Position numbers and translations under genes: made by a program. 64,000 nt of DNA, taken from assembly GCF_963921235.1 (NCBI RefSeq), contig NC_086108.1:67892001-67956000 (forward strand). Direction: 5' to 3'. The stretch comes from Mobula hypostoma (Eukaryota). Of this stretch, positions 26,520 to 39,530 are shown piece after piece; position 1 is the stretch's first letter, and every line of letters begins with the position of its first letter. Below the pieces are notes generated by a model. It ran no database searches and was not told where the DNA came from. It saw only the letters and a list, made by a program, of their open reading frames with translations.

Positions 26520-28870
26520 TTCGTGAGAACAGTCTTGGAGAAAATGCATCCGCTTAAGCACCGGTGATGTGTGTGTCTTCTCCGTTTATGGTGGCCTCCT
26601 CAAACATCTGCCATTCAGAACAGTCCTGAGGCACACAGATTGCTTCAGTAGGCCATACAGTAATAGTCCTCTTGACTGGTTTCTCCTTTTTCAGCAGTGG
26701 TCAGTATGCTGGGAATAACATTATCAAGATCTTTTAAAATTGAATTGACTTCATTTCTTACATCCTTCACATACATGAGGAGTAAAAATCTTTACGTTAC
26801 ATCTCTGTCTAAATGTGCAATCATAGTAATTTATAATAAATAGAACAGTCAATGTAACATAGAAATACACTCAAATCAGTGTAAGTTAATCAGTCTGATG
26901 ACCTGGTGGAAGAAGCTGTCCTGGAGCCTGTTGGTCCCGGCTTTTATGCTACGGTACCATTTCCCAGATCGTAGCAACTGGAATAGATTGTGGTTGGGGT
27001 GACTCAGTCCCCAATGATCCTTCGGGCCCTTTTTACACACCTGTCTTCGTAAATGTCCTGACTCATGGGAAGTTCACAACTACAAATGCGCTGGGCCGTC
27101 CACACCACTCTCTGCAGAATCTTGCAACTGAGTGATTGAGAGAAGTACAGTTCCCACACCAGGCAGTGATGCATCCAGTCAAGATGCTCTCAATTGTGCC
27201 CCTGTAGAAAGTTATTATGATTTGGAGGCCCATACCAAACTTCTTCAACTGTCTGAGGCGAAAGAGGTGCCATTGTGTCTTTTTCACCACACTGCAGGTG
27301 TGTACAGACTACGTGAGGTCCTCAGTAATGTGGATGCCGAGGAACTTAAAGCTGTTTAACCTCTCTACCTCAGATCCATTGATGTCAACAGGGGTTAGCC
27401 CATTTCCAGTCCTCCTATAATCCAGCTCCTTTGTTTTTACGACATTGAGGGAGATTGTTTTCTTGACGCCACTGTGTCAGAGAGATGACTTGTTCCCTGT
27501 AGGCCCGTCCTTATTGTTTGATATTAGGCCAATCAATGTAGTGTCATCAGCAAATTTATTTAGCAGTTTAGAGCTGTGGGTGGCAACACAGTCATGGGAA
27601 TACAAGGAGTAAAGGAGGAGACTTAGTACACAGCCCTGAGGGGCTCCTGTGTTGAGAGTCAGAGGGGTGGAGGTGAGGGAGCCCACTCTTACCACCTGCC
27701 AACGATCTGACAGGAAGTCCAGGATCCAGCTACACAAGGCAGGGTCAAGGCCGAGGTCTCTGAGCTTCTGGTCAAGCCTGGATGGAATTATGGTGTTGAA
27801 TGCTGAACTGTAGTCCAAGAACAGCAAACTCACATAAGCATCCTTCATTTCCAGATGTGTAAGGATGGTATGTAGAGCAGTGGCCATTGTATCATCTGCT
27901 GATCGATTGTGTCGGTAGGTGAATTGCAGGGGTCTAGTTTGGGTGGTAGCAAGCTGCAGATGTAGTCCTTGACCCAGTCTCTCAAAGCATTGAGGTGAGT
28001 GCGACAGGATGCCAGTCGTTTAGGCAGGTTACCTTGGTCTTTTTTTGTACAGGGACAATGGTGGATAATTTGAAGCAGGAGGGCTCTCTACACTAGGAGA
28101 GGGAGAGATTAAAAATGTCTGTAAACACACCTGCCAGCTATGCTGCGCACATCCTGAGTACCCACCCTGGGATGCCACCAGAGAGGCCAAGATGAAGGTG
28201 TAGGATGGCTTTGAAAATACCGCATCAGTTTGCAGTGTGTATAAACATGGTCGAGTCTGTTTGCTCCCCTGGTTGCCATGGTGACGTGCTAGTGGAATTT
28301 GGGTAAAAAGCCCTGCAGGTCAACATGATTTAAGTCTCCTGCATTTATGAAGAGATCCATCCAAATATTTGTTTTGTAGAGAGTTGATGATACTGTAAAG
28401 ATCTTGCAGTGTGTCCTTGATATTTCTGCTCAATGAGTGGGGAGTGGGGGCAGTGTAGATTGTGATGACGAACACAGCAGAAAACCTCCTAGGCAGGTAA
28501 TGTGATCAGTATTTAATTATGAGATGCCCCAGAACAGTAAATACTAACTAGAGATGAGTTTGTGCACCAACCTTTGTTAATGTACACACAGATCCCATGT
28601 CATTTGGATTTCCCCGATGGTTTCTGCCTATGCAGAACAGTCATCCTGTCAAGTTGGAACTTTGAGTTGGGCATTTTGTTGTTTAACCCCATTTTGGTGA
28701 AAATCAGAAAGTAGCAGTTTCTCATCTCTCCCTGTGTGTTCTTTCTCAGTCTTAGCGAATCCATTTTATTTTCTAGTGAGCAGATTTTGACCAAGAAAAA
28801 TGATGGTACTGCTGGTCTGGTTGGGTTAGCTCTCAGCCTAGCTAGTGCCCTGGCACTCTTGCTGCACTTC
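26520..28870 (-). mobile_element. Old Rex1 endonuclease-region copy (26520-26731 plus 28180-28870) split by a younger Rex1
   Basis: Minus ORF 28600-28794 (SLENKMD.LRL, RNC..LIFT) and ...HLGLS at about 28180 continue past the insert into ..MLIPAY-like and QDC..WQMF-like sequence at 26730-26590. Confidence 0.65.
26732..28179 (-). mobile_element. Younger Rex1 LINE, 5'-truncated
   Basis: ORF 27477-27887 (LF.DYSSAFNTIIP, GAPQGCVLS.LLYSLY, KFADDTT) and 27063-27290. Tail ends ...AAGTCAATTCAATT on the minus strand. Confidence 0.92.
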
Positions 28871-30054
28871 CACCTCCTCTCGCATCTGCCACTTCCTCAT
28901 TCTTATTATGAAAATGCTCAAACAATCTCAAACTAGAAAATTTTATTCTGTCTCTATATTTACAGATGCTGACAGACCTGCTGAAAGTTTCCAATTCCTT
29001 CATTTTTGTTTCATATTTCCAGAATGAGCTGCTTTTTCAATTTTTATTATTGGTTGCAGTAAATTGCATCAACAACGTGCAGATCAGCAGCCAATGCACA
29101 AAAATACCTCCTTACCAATATGTTTACGAAGTGTAGTAGTTTTCAGAGAGTTCTGATAATCACTGGCAGTGTAAATGATTGCCTGAGGATGTGCTTTTGA
29201 CACTTTACTAAGCCATGAACCTTAATGGATGACATTGAAATTGTTCACCGTCATTTGCATACTGAGCTGGGAATGTGCATTAAATTTCCTTCTTTATGAC
29301 AGCTGCTTAGTTTTTGTATTTAGTGATGCAATTTCACATTTTATTTCAACTAATTATGGTTGCTGTTGTATCTCCACATTTTTAACCATTTGTTACTTGT
29401 ATTCATTTAAAGAAAGGTCAACTGCATCAGATCTGTTATTCTCTGTCACTTTCTCTCTTTCTTCCATAGACAGTAATTTCATGCATTTTTATTCTTCTCA
29501 TCCTTATGGAAACAAATGTTATAAAAGAACTTGTAAAACTCACGTTTGTATAGCACAATTTCTTCCAATCTCACCGCACTCTGTAAATCATATTTGACAT
29601 CTCCAAATATCAGGAAAAACACATCTATAGCACACATTCAAACACATCTGCAATTAAAAAGATGGCCATAGAGCCCTGTAAGAGTTTTGAAACAGAACAA
29701 CAGGATGCTACTTTATTTTACAGCCAGTTTAAGTTTATACATAAAACTAATTGTCCCTGGTGGTAAAATTGCAATCGAGTGTACAGCTCCAATAACTTTA
29801 TTAACAATACTTGCTGAAATAAACATGGTAGAAGAAATATGTTGCTTTTATACTGATGCATCTAATTATGGTGGAAGTGGGATGAGATATGCTTGAGGCA
29901 AAATAAACATAAAAGCAAATCATCCAGAAATTTTAAAAATTAGTGTTAATTCATTCAAAATGCAAAATAAAAGAGTTCCGTCAGAGAATAACATTTGGGC
30001 TACAGTGAGTAAATAACTTGAGATAAGAAATAAATGGCCAATTGTATAAATGAA

Positions 30055-30200
30055 AGCAAGATATTCTACAAATGCAGGAAATCCAGAGTAACATTTCAGG
30101 CTGAATGCCGTTGAAGGGCCTCAGCTCAATACGTCAGCTGGTTATTCTTCTCCACAGATGCTGCCTGACCTGCTGAGCTCTTCCAGCATCTTGTGTGTGT
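30055..30200. mobile_element. Degenerate Penelope-derived short element(s)
   Basis: TGAAGGGCCTCAGCTCAATACGTCAGCTG...GATGCTGCCTGACCTGCTGAGCTCTTCCAGCATC. Confidence 0.65.
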
Positions 30201-31689
30201 AAAACTCCCCATATATAAAGGAACAGACCCCAATATTTCCCAAAGTACTCCATGACTGGAATTTCATCCTGCCATTTTTTTTATTTGTTTAGAGATATAG
30301 CATGGTAGCCAGCCCTTCCAACTCCAGCGAGCCTATGCCACCCAATTGCACCCATGTGACCTATTAGCCTACAAGCCTGCACATTTTTCAATGTGGGAGG
30401 AAATCAGAGCACATGGAAGAAATCCACTCTGTCACTGTCAAGCTTGGATCTTTTGTAAACTAATTTATGATGTGGATTTTTATGACAGGCCAATTTCATT
30501 TTATCATGAAAAGGTGAACTTAATTGGTCTGGATCACACTGCCATATTCCTGTTTTTTTTTTCCTGATGTAGTCTCTTGGATGACTACTCGCAAATAGGA
30601 TAATTAAATGGAAGCTTTTGTGCTTCTTTGTGCATGGGTTTTGGAGCATGGGAGTAATGTGTGAAGGATGAGCCCAACAGAAGAAACTTCTAACCTGCTG
30701 ATAATATATTTTGACAATTATACTCCATGTGAACCTTCAAGAAAGATGAGTTGTCAGCTAAATAAAGTTTGATTGTTGAATAAGCACAATATTTAAATAT
30801 ATGAACTAATTGTGGAATTCCAGGGGTTTCTCAGTCTTCCATTGAAAGCAAGGTGCAAGTACACTTATAATTAAGGAACTTGAATCAGAATGAAGAATGT
30901 GCAATTTATATACTTGGTGTTCATTGCCAACTTCTTACTTGCTAATGAGAAATACTTTGTACACAGAATTTATTAGTGAACTAATTTTCTGTACTTGACG
31001 TGTTCTCATGTGCCAAATATTATTATCAATAGCCCGTGAAGAGACCAATAAATGTACAGCATAGAAAGGAGATCAAGTGAGTGCTGTAGCATTGATTTCT
31101 GTGAAACGTGAAATGGACCATATTTTCCCAGGATCTCCTCATTAGCCTTTATTGTTGCAGGGTAATGTGTAGAAAGGTGGCAAATATATAGAGGACTTGA
31201 AACCAACTTCTAACGCAACACAAATACAAGCATTAACACAACACTGTTATTTTTTGATTCTGGACTATCGTCACTGCAAGTTAAAATCTTCAAAGTGTTC
31301 AGGTGATTAGCTCCATTCCTGCAGGAAATTTATTGGAGGTGAGGTGCAATATTGTAGTGAGATAGACTGAAACTATGAATCTCATTGCTGTCTTGGAACA
31401 AAGAAAACATCACCAAGGTTGCTTTCAACTTCCCTTTGCAGTAGCTGAAGAGCTGCTCAGTATATCATTGTGGTTATTCTGTCTACAGTGGACACAATCT
31501 TCATCATAGGTTAACTCTAAGGAAAATGCAGGGGGAACAGCATTGGTCAATACAGCATACATGGCCATTCTCAGATTTAAAGTCTTCACCTCATTAGCAG
31601 GGTGGAGATTGAAACACATCTTCTCAAATTCAGCTTGCCAAAGAAATTTATTTTCATATTAAATTTGATGTATGAGGTTAGAACCAGGA

Positions 31690-34600
31690 AGATTATACAG
31701 TTTAATATGTGGCTAGGGAGCTAGTACAGGAGGGAGGGCATAATATTTTTAGATTATTGGGCTCTCTTCCAGGGAAGATGGGACCTGTACAAAAAGAGAT
31801 GATTTGCACCTGAACTGGAGGGGGACTAATACCCTGGTGGGAAGGTTTATTAATGTAGCACGGTGGGGTTTAAAGAAGAGTTGCAGGGTGATGGGAACCA
31901 GAGTGCCAGAACAGTTAGTAGAGAGGTTGTGGAAGCAGATGTTGGTAAGACGGCAGACAAAGTTAGGAATCAAAAGGTTGAGCTTGGTGCAAAAATCAAT
32001 AAGGGTAGATACAGGACTGAAGGTGCTGTATCTGAATGTGCACAGTATACAGAATAAGGTAGATGAAGGCAGCACAGTTGCAGATTGACAGGTATGATAT
32101 TGCAGGCATCACAGATTCATGGCTGAAAGATTATAGCTGGGAGCTTAATGGCCAAGGATTCACATTGTATCGAAAGGATAGGGAGAAAGGCAGAGGGGGT
32201 GGCGTTGCTCTGTTGGTAAAAAAAATGAAATCATATCATTAGAAAGAATTGACATAGGGTTGGAAGGTGTTGAATCATTGTGGATTGAGCTAAGGAACTG
32301 CAAGGGTAAAAAGACCCAGATAGGAGTTGTATATAGACCCACAACAATAGTAAGGATGTGGTCGACAAATTACAACATAAGATCGAAAATGCATGCCAAA
32401 AGGGCAATGTTCCAATAGTCATGGGGGATTTCAATATGCAAATAGATTGGGTAAATCAGTATGGTGCTGGATTCCAAGAGGGGGAATTTCTAAAATGCCT
32501 ACTAGATGGCTTTTTAGAACAACTCGTGGTTGAGACCACGAGAGGATCAGCTATTCTGGATTGGGTGTTGTGTAATGAACTGGATTTGATTAGTGAGCAT
32601 AAAAACACCATTAGGGGCAAGTGATCATAATATGTTCAAATTCACCCTGAAATTTGAGAAGTTAAAATCAGATGTATTGGCATGAAAGTGGAGTAAAGGG
32701 AATTACAGAGACATGAAAGAGGAGCAGGCCAGAATTGATTCAAAAAGAACTCTGGCAGGGATGATGGCAGAGCAGCAATGGCTGGAACTTCTAGAGGCAA
32801 TTCAGAAGGCACAGGATATATACATCCCAAAGAGGAACAAGTATTCTAAAGGTAAGATGACACAATCATGTCTAACAAGAGAGATCAAAGCCAACATAAA
32901 AGCCAAAGGGAGGGCATATAATAGAGCAAGTATTAGTGGGAAGTTAGAGGATTTGGAAGCTTTTAAAAAACAACAGAAGGTAACTAAAAAAAGTCATTAA
33001 GGTTAAGATGGAATAGAAAAATAAGCTAACCAATAATGTTAAGAGGCTACCAAAAGTTTCTTCAGATTCATAAAGTGTAAAAGAGAGGCAAGAGTGCATA
33101 CTGGACCGCTGAAAAACAATACTGGAGAGGTTGTAATGGGGGACAACGAAAATAGCGGATATAAATATTTTGCAGTATTAGCACTGTAGAAGACATTAGC
33201 AGTATGGTGGAAGTTCCAGGTGTCAAGGGGGCATGAAACACAACTAGAGAGCAGATTCTTGGGAAACTGAAAGATCTGAAGGTAGATAAAGTCACATGGG
33301 CTAGATGGTATACATCCCCGAATTCTGAAAAACAGATAGCTGAAGGGATCATGGAGGCATTAGTAATGATCTTTCAAGAATCACTAGATTCTGGAATGGT
33401 TCCAGAAGACTGAAATATTGCAAATGACACTCCAATCCTCAAGAAGGGAGAGAGGTAGAAGAAAGGAAACTGTAGGCCAGTTAGCCTGACTTCAGTGACA
33501 GGGAAAACATTGGATGAGGTCTCAGGGTACTTAGACGCACATGATAAAACAGACCGCAGTCATCACGGTTTCCATTAGGGAAAATCTTGCCTGAAAAACA
33601 TATTTCTTCAAAAAACTCCAGTACGCAGGATAGTCAAAGGAGAATCAGTTCATGTTGTGTACTTGGACTTTCAGAAGGCCTTTGATAAGGTACCACGCAC
33701 GAGGCTGCTTAACAAGCTACAAGCCCGTGGTATTACAGGAAAGATTCTAGCATGGATAAAGCAGTGGCTGAACGGCAGGAGATAAAGAGTGGGAATAAAG
33801 GGAACCTTCTCTGACTGGCTGCCGGTGACTAGTGGTGTTCCACAGGGGTCTGTATTGGGATAGATTCCTTTTATGTTGTTATATGTCAATGATTTGGATA
33901 ATGGAATTGATGGCTTTGTTGCAAAGTTTGCAGATGATATGAAGATCGGTGGAGGGTGCAGGTAGTTTTGAAGAAGTAGAGAGGCTACAGAAGGACTTAG
34001 AGTAGGAGAATGAGCAAAGAAACAGCAGATGGAATAGTGTCTGGAAATGTATGGTATGCATTTTGGTAGATGAAATGAAAGGGTTGACTATCTTCTAAAT
34101 AGAAAGTACAAAAAAAAAACTGGGGTGCAATGGTGCTTGGGAGTCCTTGTGCAGGATTCCCTAAAGGTTAATTTGCAGGCTGAGTCTGTGGTAAAGGCAG
34201 CAAATACAATGCTAGCATTAATTTAAGACCGTAAGATATAGGAGCAGAAGTAGGCCATTGAGTCTGGTCCGCCATTCAATCATGGGCTGATCCAATTATT
34301 CCAGTCATCCCCACTCCCCTGCTTTCTCCCCATACCCTTCGAAGCCCTGGCTAATCAAGAACCCATCTATCTCTGCCTTAAATGCACCCAATGACTTGGC
34401 CTTGACAGTCACTCAGAGCAACAAATTCCACAGATTTACCACCCTCTGACTAAAGTAATTTCTCTACATCTCAGTTCTAAATGAACGTCCTTCAGTCCTG
34501 AAGTCCTGTCCTCTTGCCCTTGACTCCCCTACCATGGGAAATAATTTTGCCATATCTAATCTGTTCAGGCCTTTTAACATTTGAGATGTTTCTATGAGAT

Positions 34601-35720
34601 CCCCCCCCTCATTCTCCTGAACTCCAGGGAGTAGAGCCCAAGAGCTGCCAGACGTATCTCATACGGTAACCATTTCATTCTTGGAATCATTCTCGTGAAT
34701 CTTCTCTGAACCCTCTCCAATGTCAGTATATCCTTTCTAAAATAAGGAGCCTAAAACTGCAAAACTGCACACAATATTCCAAGTGTGGTCTCACGGGTGC
34801 CTTATGGAGCCTCAACATCACATCTCTGCTCTTATATTCTATACCGCTAGAAATGGATGCCAACATTGCATTCATTGTCTTCACCATCTTCACCACCGAC
34901 TCAACCCGGAAGTCAACTTCTAGGGTATCCTGCACAACGACTCCCAAATCCCTTTGCATCTCTGAATTTTGAATTCTCTCCCCATCTAAATAATAGTCTG
35001 CCCATTTATTTCTTCCACCAAAATGCATGAGCATACACTTTCCAACATTTGCAACTTCTTTGCCCTAAACTATCTAAGTCTCTCTGCAGGCTCTGTTCCC
35101 TCAATACCACCCGAGGACCAGAATATAAATGCAAGAATATAATGCTGAAACTTTACAAAGGACTGGTGAGGCCTCACTCGCAGTATTGTGAGCAAGTCTG
35201 GGTGCCTCATCTTAAAAGGATGTGCTAAAACTGGACAGAGTTCAAAGGAGGTTCATGAGAGTGATCCAGGATTGAACGGTTTGACATATGAAGAGTGTCT
35301 ATGGCTCTCACCCTGTATTCTCTGGAATTCAGAACTATGAGGGGTGACCACATTGAAACCTATCGAAGGGCGAGAGGCCTTGGAAGAGTGGATGTGGAGA
35401 GGATGTTTCCTCTGGTGGGAGAGTCTAAGACCAGAGAACACAACCGCAGAATAGAGGGGCTTCCTTGTTGAACAGAGATGAGGAAGAATTTCTTTAGCCA
35501 GAGGGTGGTGAATCTGAATTCTATGCCACAGGCAGGTGTGGAGACCACATCTTTATGTATATTTAAGGCAGAGGTTGACAGATTCTTGATTGGTCAGGGC
35601 TTGAAGAGATACAGAGAGATGGCAGAAGATTGGGGCCAAGAGGAAAAATGGATCAGCCATGATGAAATGGTGGAGTAGACTCGAATTAAGCCATTTGGTC
35701 CATTTTCTATATCTTTTGGT
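31690..35720 (+). mobile_element. Near full-length CR1 LINE (ORF1 3' part, ORF2, 3' end), degenerate, with nested CR1
   Basis: DDLHLNWRGTN.L (ORF1 esterase-like), LYLNV.SI.NK, MGDFNM.IDW, RGSAILDWVL.NE, KFADD near 33925 and NFFSQRVVNL. Confidence 0.93.
34226..35112 (-). mobile_element. Younger CR1 3' portion inserted antisense into CR1
   Basis: Minus ORF 34723-35034 (MHFGGRNK.ADYYLDGERIQN, RPHLEYCVQF). Host CR1 reads through ...GCATTAATTTAA|GAGGACCAGAATATAAA when the insert is removed. Confidence 0.9.
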
Positions 35721-36114
35721 CTAAAACCAGCATTTATTGTCCATCCTTTGAAAAGGTAATGGTTGAACTCTGCAACCTTTCTGCTGAAGTTACAGCCACA
35801 GTGCCTTTGAGTACAGAGTTTAGTTAAAATCCAGTGATGAAGGAACAGCAATACATGTCTAATGTTGGGCATCTTGAAGAGGCATCCACAGCATAACAGC
35901 ACTTCCCATAATAATCACAATACTGTTTAGATCCAGTATTCTGGGTCCATCTTTCAATTGCAAGCACATGTGAGGACGTTGTTACATGTATGTTGAGCAA
36001 CCACTAGATCGGTTCAGTGTTACACACTGAAAAGCTACAAAATCAACTAGCATTAATACAGTTATTCCTCTCAAATTAATAACAGAAAATAGAAAGATAG
36101 GAACAGGACTAGGT

Positions 36115-36255
36115 CAACAACACAAAATGCCAGAGGAACTCAGCAGGCCAGGCAACATCTATGGAGGGAAGTGAACAGTCAATGTTTTGGCAGAGACCTT
36201 TCATCGGGACTTCAAGTATTGTGTGTGTGTTGATCCAGATTTCCAACATCTGCAA
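36115..36255. mobile_element. Penelope-derived short element with inverted terminal piece
   Basis: CAAAATGCCAGAGGAACTCAGCAGGCCAGGC...GAGACCTTTCATCGGGACT (minus), then TGTGTTGATCCAGATTTCCAACATCTGCA (plus). Confidence 0.7.
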
Positions 36256-36876
36256 CTGCCATGTGACAGCAGGAGTAGGCCAGTTGGTCATCTGAGTCTG
36301 CTCTTCCATTGTTGAGCAACTGCTGCACCTGTGTTGCATTTCTGCTTTTAATTAAGTATTTAATTAGTATAATGAATTATTACAAGATGTAGAAAATAGA
36401 AGTTGGTCAGATTAGATTTACAATAGGCAAGAAGCTTTTAAAAGAAATGCCAGGTTCTGCCTTTCAGGCAGACCTTCACAAATTGTCACCTACTAGGCAA
36501 GGACATATTTCACCATCTTTCCTCTAACACTTCTGACAAGAATTTTAAATGTCTGTCCCATGTTTATTTTGAGTTCTTTGCAAAGTGAAATATATCCTTC
36601 TAGTCCATCCCACCTATCACTCTGCTGTGATGGCTAAAATTCTGAAGTTGAAGTAACATCTTTCAACCTTTTCTGTATCGTCCTTTGTGTCACTTGCAGC
36701 TCCAGAACCACAAGCAGTGCCCTAACTGTAGCTCAACTTGTATTTCATTATGGTGGTCCGGTTTGACCTTGTTAATCTAATATTATGTCTGGACAGATAT
36801 CCTATCTGCTCCTTCACCAGGTTATCTTCTATCTGTTCCACTGCAACTGGATCCAAAGATATGCACATCTATAGTC

Positions 36877-37275
36877 ATACACACAAAATGCTGGAGGAAC
36901 TCAGCAGGACAGGCAACATCTCTGGATATACCTGAACAGTCGACGTTTCAGACCGAAACCCTTCTTCAGGACTGAAGAGGAAGGGGAAAATGCAAGAATA
37001 AAAAGGTGGGGGAAAACAAAGGAGGCTATTTAGAAGGTGATGTGAAACGAGGTGAATGGGAAAGGTCACAGACTGGAGAAGAATGAATCTGATAGGGCCA
37101 TAGGAGAAAGAGGAGGAGGGAGGTGACACAGGATGAAGTGATAGGCAGAAGACCAGAGTGGAGAAATGAAGATAGGAGGAGGAGGGTGAAAAAATATATT
37201 TACCAAGAGGAATTGATATTCATGCCATCAGTTTGGAGGTTACCAAGACAGAATACAAGGTGTTGCTCCTCATCT
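36877..37275 (-). mobile_element. Penelope-like element 3' fragment (ORF C-terminus plus pLTR with hammerhead motif)
   Basis: Minus strand 37271-37206 translates EEQHLVFCLGNLQTDGMNINSS, like the end of PLE GIY-YIG domains (EQ..I..L.TL.P.G.N). A pyrimidine-rich tract and the hammerhead motif follow. Confidence 0.8.
36937..36974 (-). ncRNA. Minimal type I hammerhead ribozyme motif
   Basis: CAGUC-CUGAAGA-A-GGGU(UUCG)GUCU-GAAA-CGUC-GACUG: both core boxes, 5-bp stem I, weak stem II, palindromic ACGU stem III, GUC cleavage triplet. Confidence 0.65.
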
Positions 37276-37319
37276 TGTTTGTCCTGCTTTTCCAAACAAC
37301 TCGTCCCATTAAAAATAAG

Positions 37320-37430
37320 CAACATACATCAAAGTTGCTGGTGAACGCAGCAGGCCAAGCAGCATCTGTAGGAAGAGGTGCAGTCGACGTTTCAGGCCGA
37401 GACCCTTCGTCAGGACTAACTGAAGGAAAA
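37320..37430 (-). mobile_element. Young Penelope-derived short element
   Basis: Nearly identical to 42174-42264 (CATCAAAGTTGCTGGTGAACGCAGCAGGCCA...TTTCAGGCCGAGACCCTTCGTCA). Confidence 0.8.
37381..37417 (-). ncRNA. Minimal type I hammerhead ribozyme motif
   Basis: AGUC-CUGACGA-A-GGGU(CUCG)GCCU-GAAA-CGUC-GACUG, with intact core. Confidence 0.7.
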
Positions 37431-38555
37431 TAATTTGGTTTATATTTTTAAAATATAAGTAACAAGATGCATCAGTAAATGGCAACTCTAAATGAATCAA
37501 TAAATTTATGAAGATGAAAACTTAAATAGGTATACATTGAAATATCTAAGCATTGCAATGTCATTTGGCTCTGTGTACCTTAAAAGCAGATGGTCAATTA
37601 TTTCAGGCAAACAATTGTTTCAGCTGTTTTTCCCAAGAGTGCGAGTTTATACAAGTCTTTGACTTTGTCCAGACATGCAAGCATCATTACAGTCATTTTG
37701 CATCTTGTCAGAGGTACACTTGAGCACATAATTATCTCCTCATGAAGACCTAATGTGTTTAGCTCTTCCTGGCAAGGTTTTTTGAGAAATAACAAAAGTA
37801 CTACCCAGACTTAGTTCTCCTTAATGAGAAGATTTGTTTGTTTTCACCTTCCTGACCCATGGCACATTTTTAAATAGCCTTTGTGTACACCACTTCTCAT
37901 CAAATTAGTTTAATTAGTACGGCAATTAATCTTCTCAGCTGTGGAATTAATTTACAGCTTGTAGCAAGTAGATTTATTTCCAGAGGTAACATTATGATAG
38001 TCTTATTTATACAGCACCGAAATAGGTTATAAAACTGCTGCCAGTGACTGGTCAATTAATGAAACTATAAGGACATCTGATTAATAATGATAACAGTTAG
38101 CCTTTTGCTTTCTGTTCAGCGGGGATATTTGTGCATCTGCATTTCTGGAACAACCTTGAAGATCTTGGTTAAATCATGACTGCCAATGGACAGATATACC
38201 CCAGCTAGGTTTTTATTGTGCTCTTCATGCTGTAGCAATATTATTTAAATGGACATTCACTTTAAACATCGTAACTTGCAGTTTTCTAGCAAAGCATTTT
38301 AGAGATTAACTGCTTATTTTAAAAACTGCTTCAATTTACCAGAGAAGTCTACAGTCCCCTGCATTAGAGTATTTGGAGAGTGAGTGCATTTTCCTTGGGG
38401 TGCACCATTATCGAGAACACACGGGTACAGGTTATTTTCAAGTTTATTAGCTAAATCTAGTTCACTTTAAGGCAACATTACCCTTTCTTGTTCTAGTATA
38501 GGTGTAGTCTAGATCTTAGTTTTCTAGTTCTAGATGTAGTCTTCAAGTGATTCAT

Positions 38556-39140
38556 AAATGATGCAGCTATAAAGAAGGCAAGACAGCAGCTATATTTCAT
38601 TGGGAGTTTGAGGACATTTGGTTTGTCACCTAGGACTCTCGAAAACTTCTACAGGTGTACCAAGGAGAGCATTCTGACAGGCTGCATCACTGTCTGGTGT
38701 GGTGCGGGGGGGTGGGGGGTGGTACTGGACAGGATCGAGAGAAGGTACAGAAAGTTGTAAAAATTAGTCAGCTCCATCTTGGGTACTAGCCTCTGTAGTG
38801 TCCAAGACACCTTCAAGAAGTGGCATCTCAGAAAGGTTGCGTCTATCATTAAGGGCACCCATCACCCTGGACATACCCTTTTCTCATTGTTACCAGCAGG
38901 AAGGGGGTACAGAAGCCTGAAGGCACACACTCAACAATTCAGGAATAGCTTCTGCCCCTCTGCCATCCAATTACTTCACTTTTATTATTTCTATTTTTGC
39001 ACTAGTTTTAATTTAACTGTTTAATACACAGATATATACCTACTGTATTTGATTTACCTGTATTATCACATTGTATTGTACTCCTGCTGCTAAGATAATA
39101 AATTTCATGACATAGGCCAGTGATATAATCCTGATTCGAT
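38556..39140 (+). mobile_element. Rex1 LINE 3' fragment
   Basis: Similar to 15480-16180. ORF 38779-39024 (ASIIK..HHPGH.LFSLLP.GR.YRSLK). Confidence 0.9.
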
Positions 39141-39530
39141 AAACAATACATCTTTCAGGCAGTGGGAGGGAGAGAATGAAATTCAAGTCAGGTGACTTAA
39201 CTACTAGTATTTAAAAATACACTTGCCAAGGTTATAGTGTGGTTTAGGCACAGTGATCTTGTGGTGTATAATCCTCAGTGAATGGGCCTCAGTAAGGTGA
39301 CAAAGGGATAATAGCAGGGTCAGTAGGGGAAGTTCAATACTGGGATCAGTTTGAAAGTACAAAGCCAAAATTCAGAAGTGAGGTAGGTGCAAGTCAGGTA
39401 TTTGGTTGGTGAGTATTTTCTAACACAGCTTACTGCAAAAGTTGAAGTATGGCAAGGCAGTATACCAAGAGTGAGGTCACGTACATTCTTAGGGAAGCAT
39501 GCAGGAAGTGTCTCCTGCTGTAGCGGTTTG

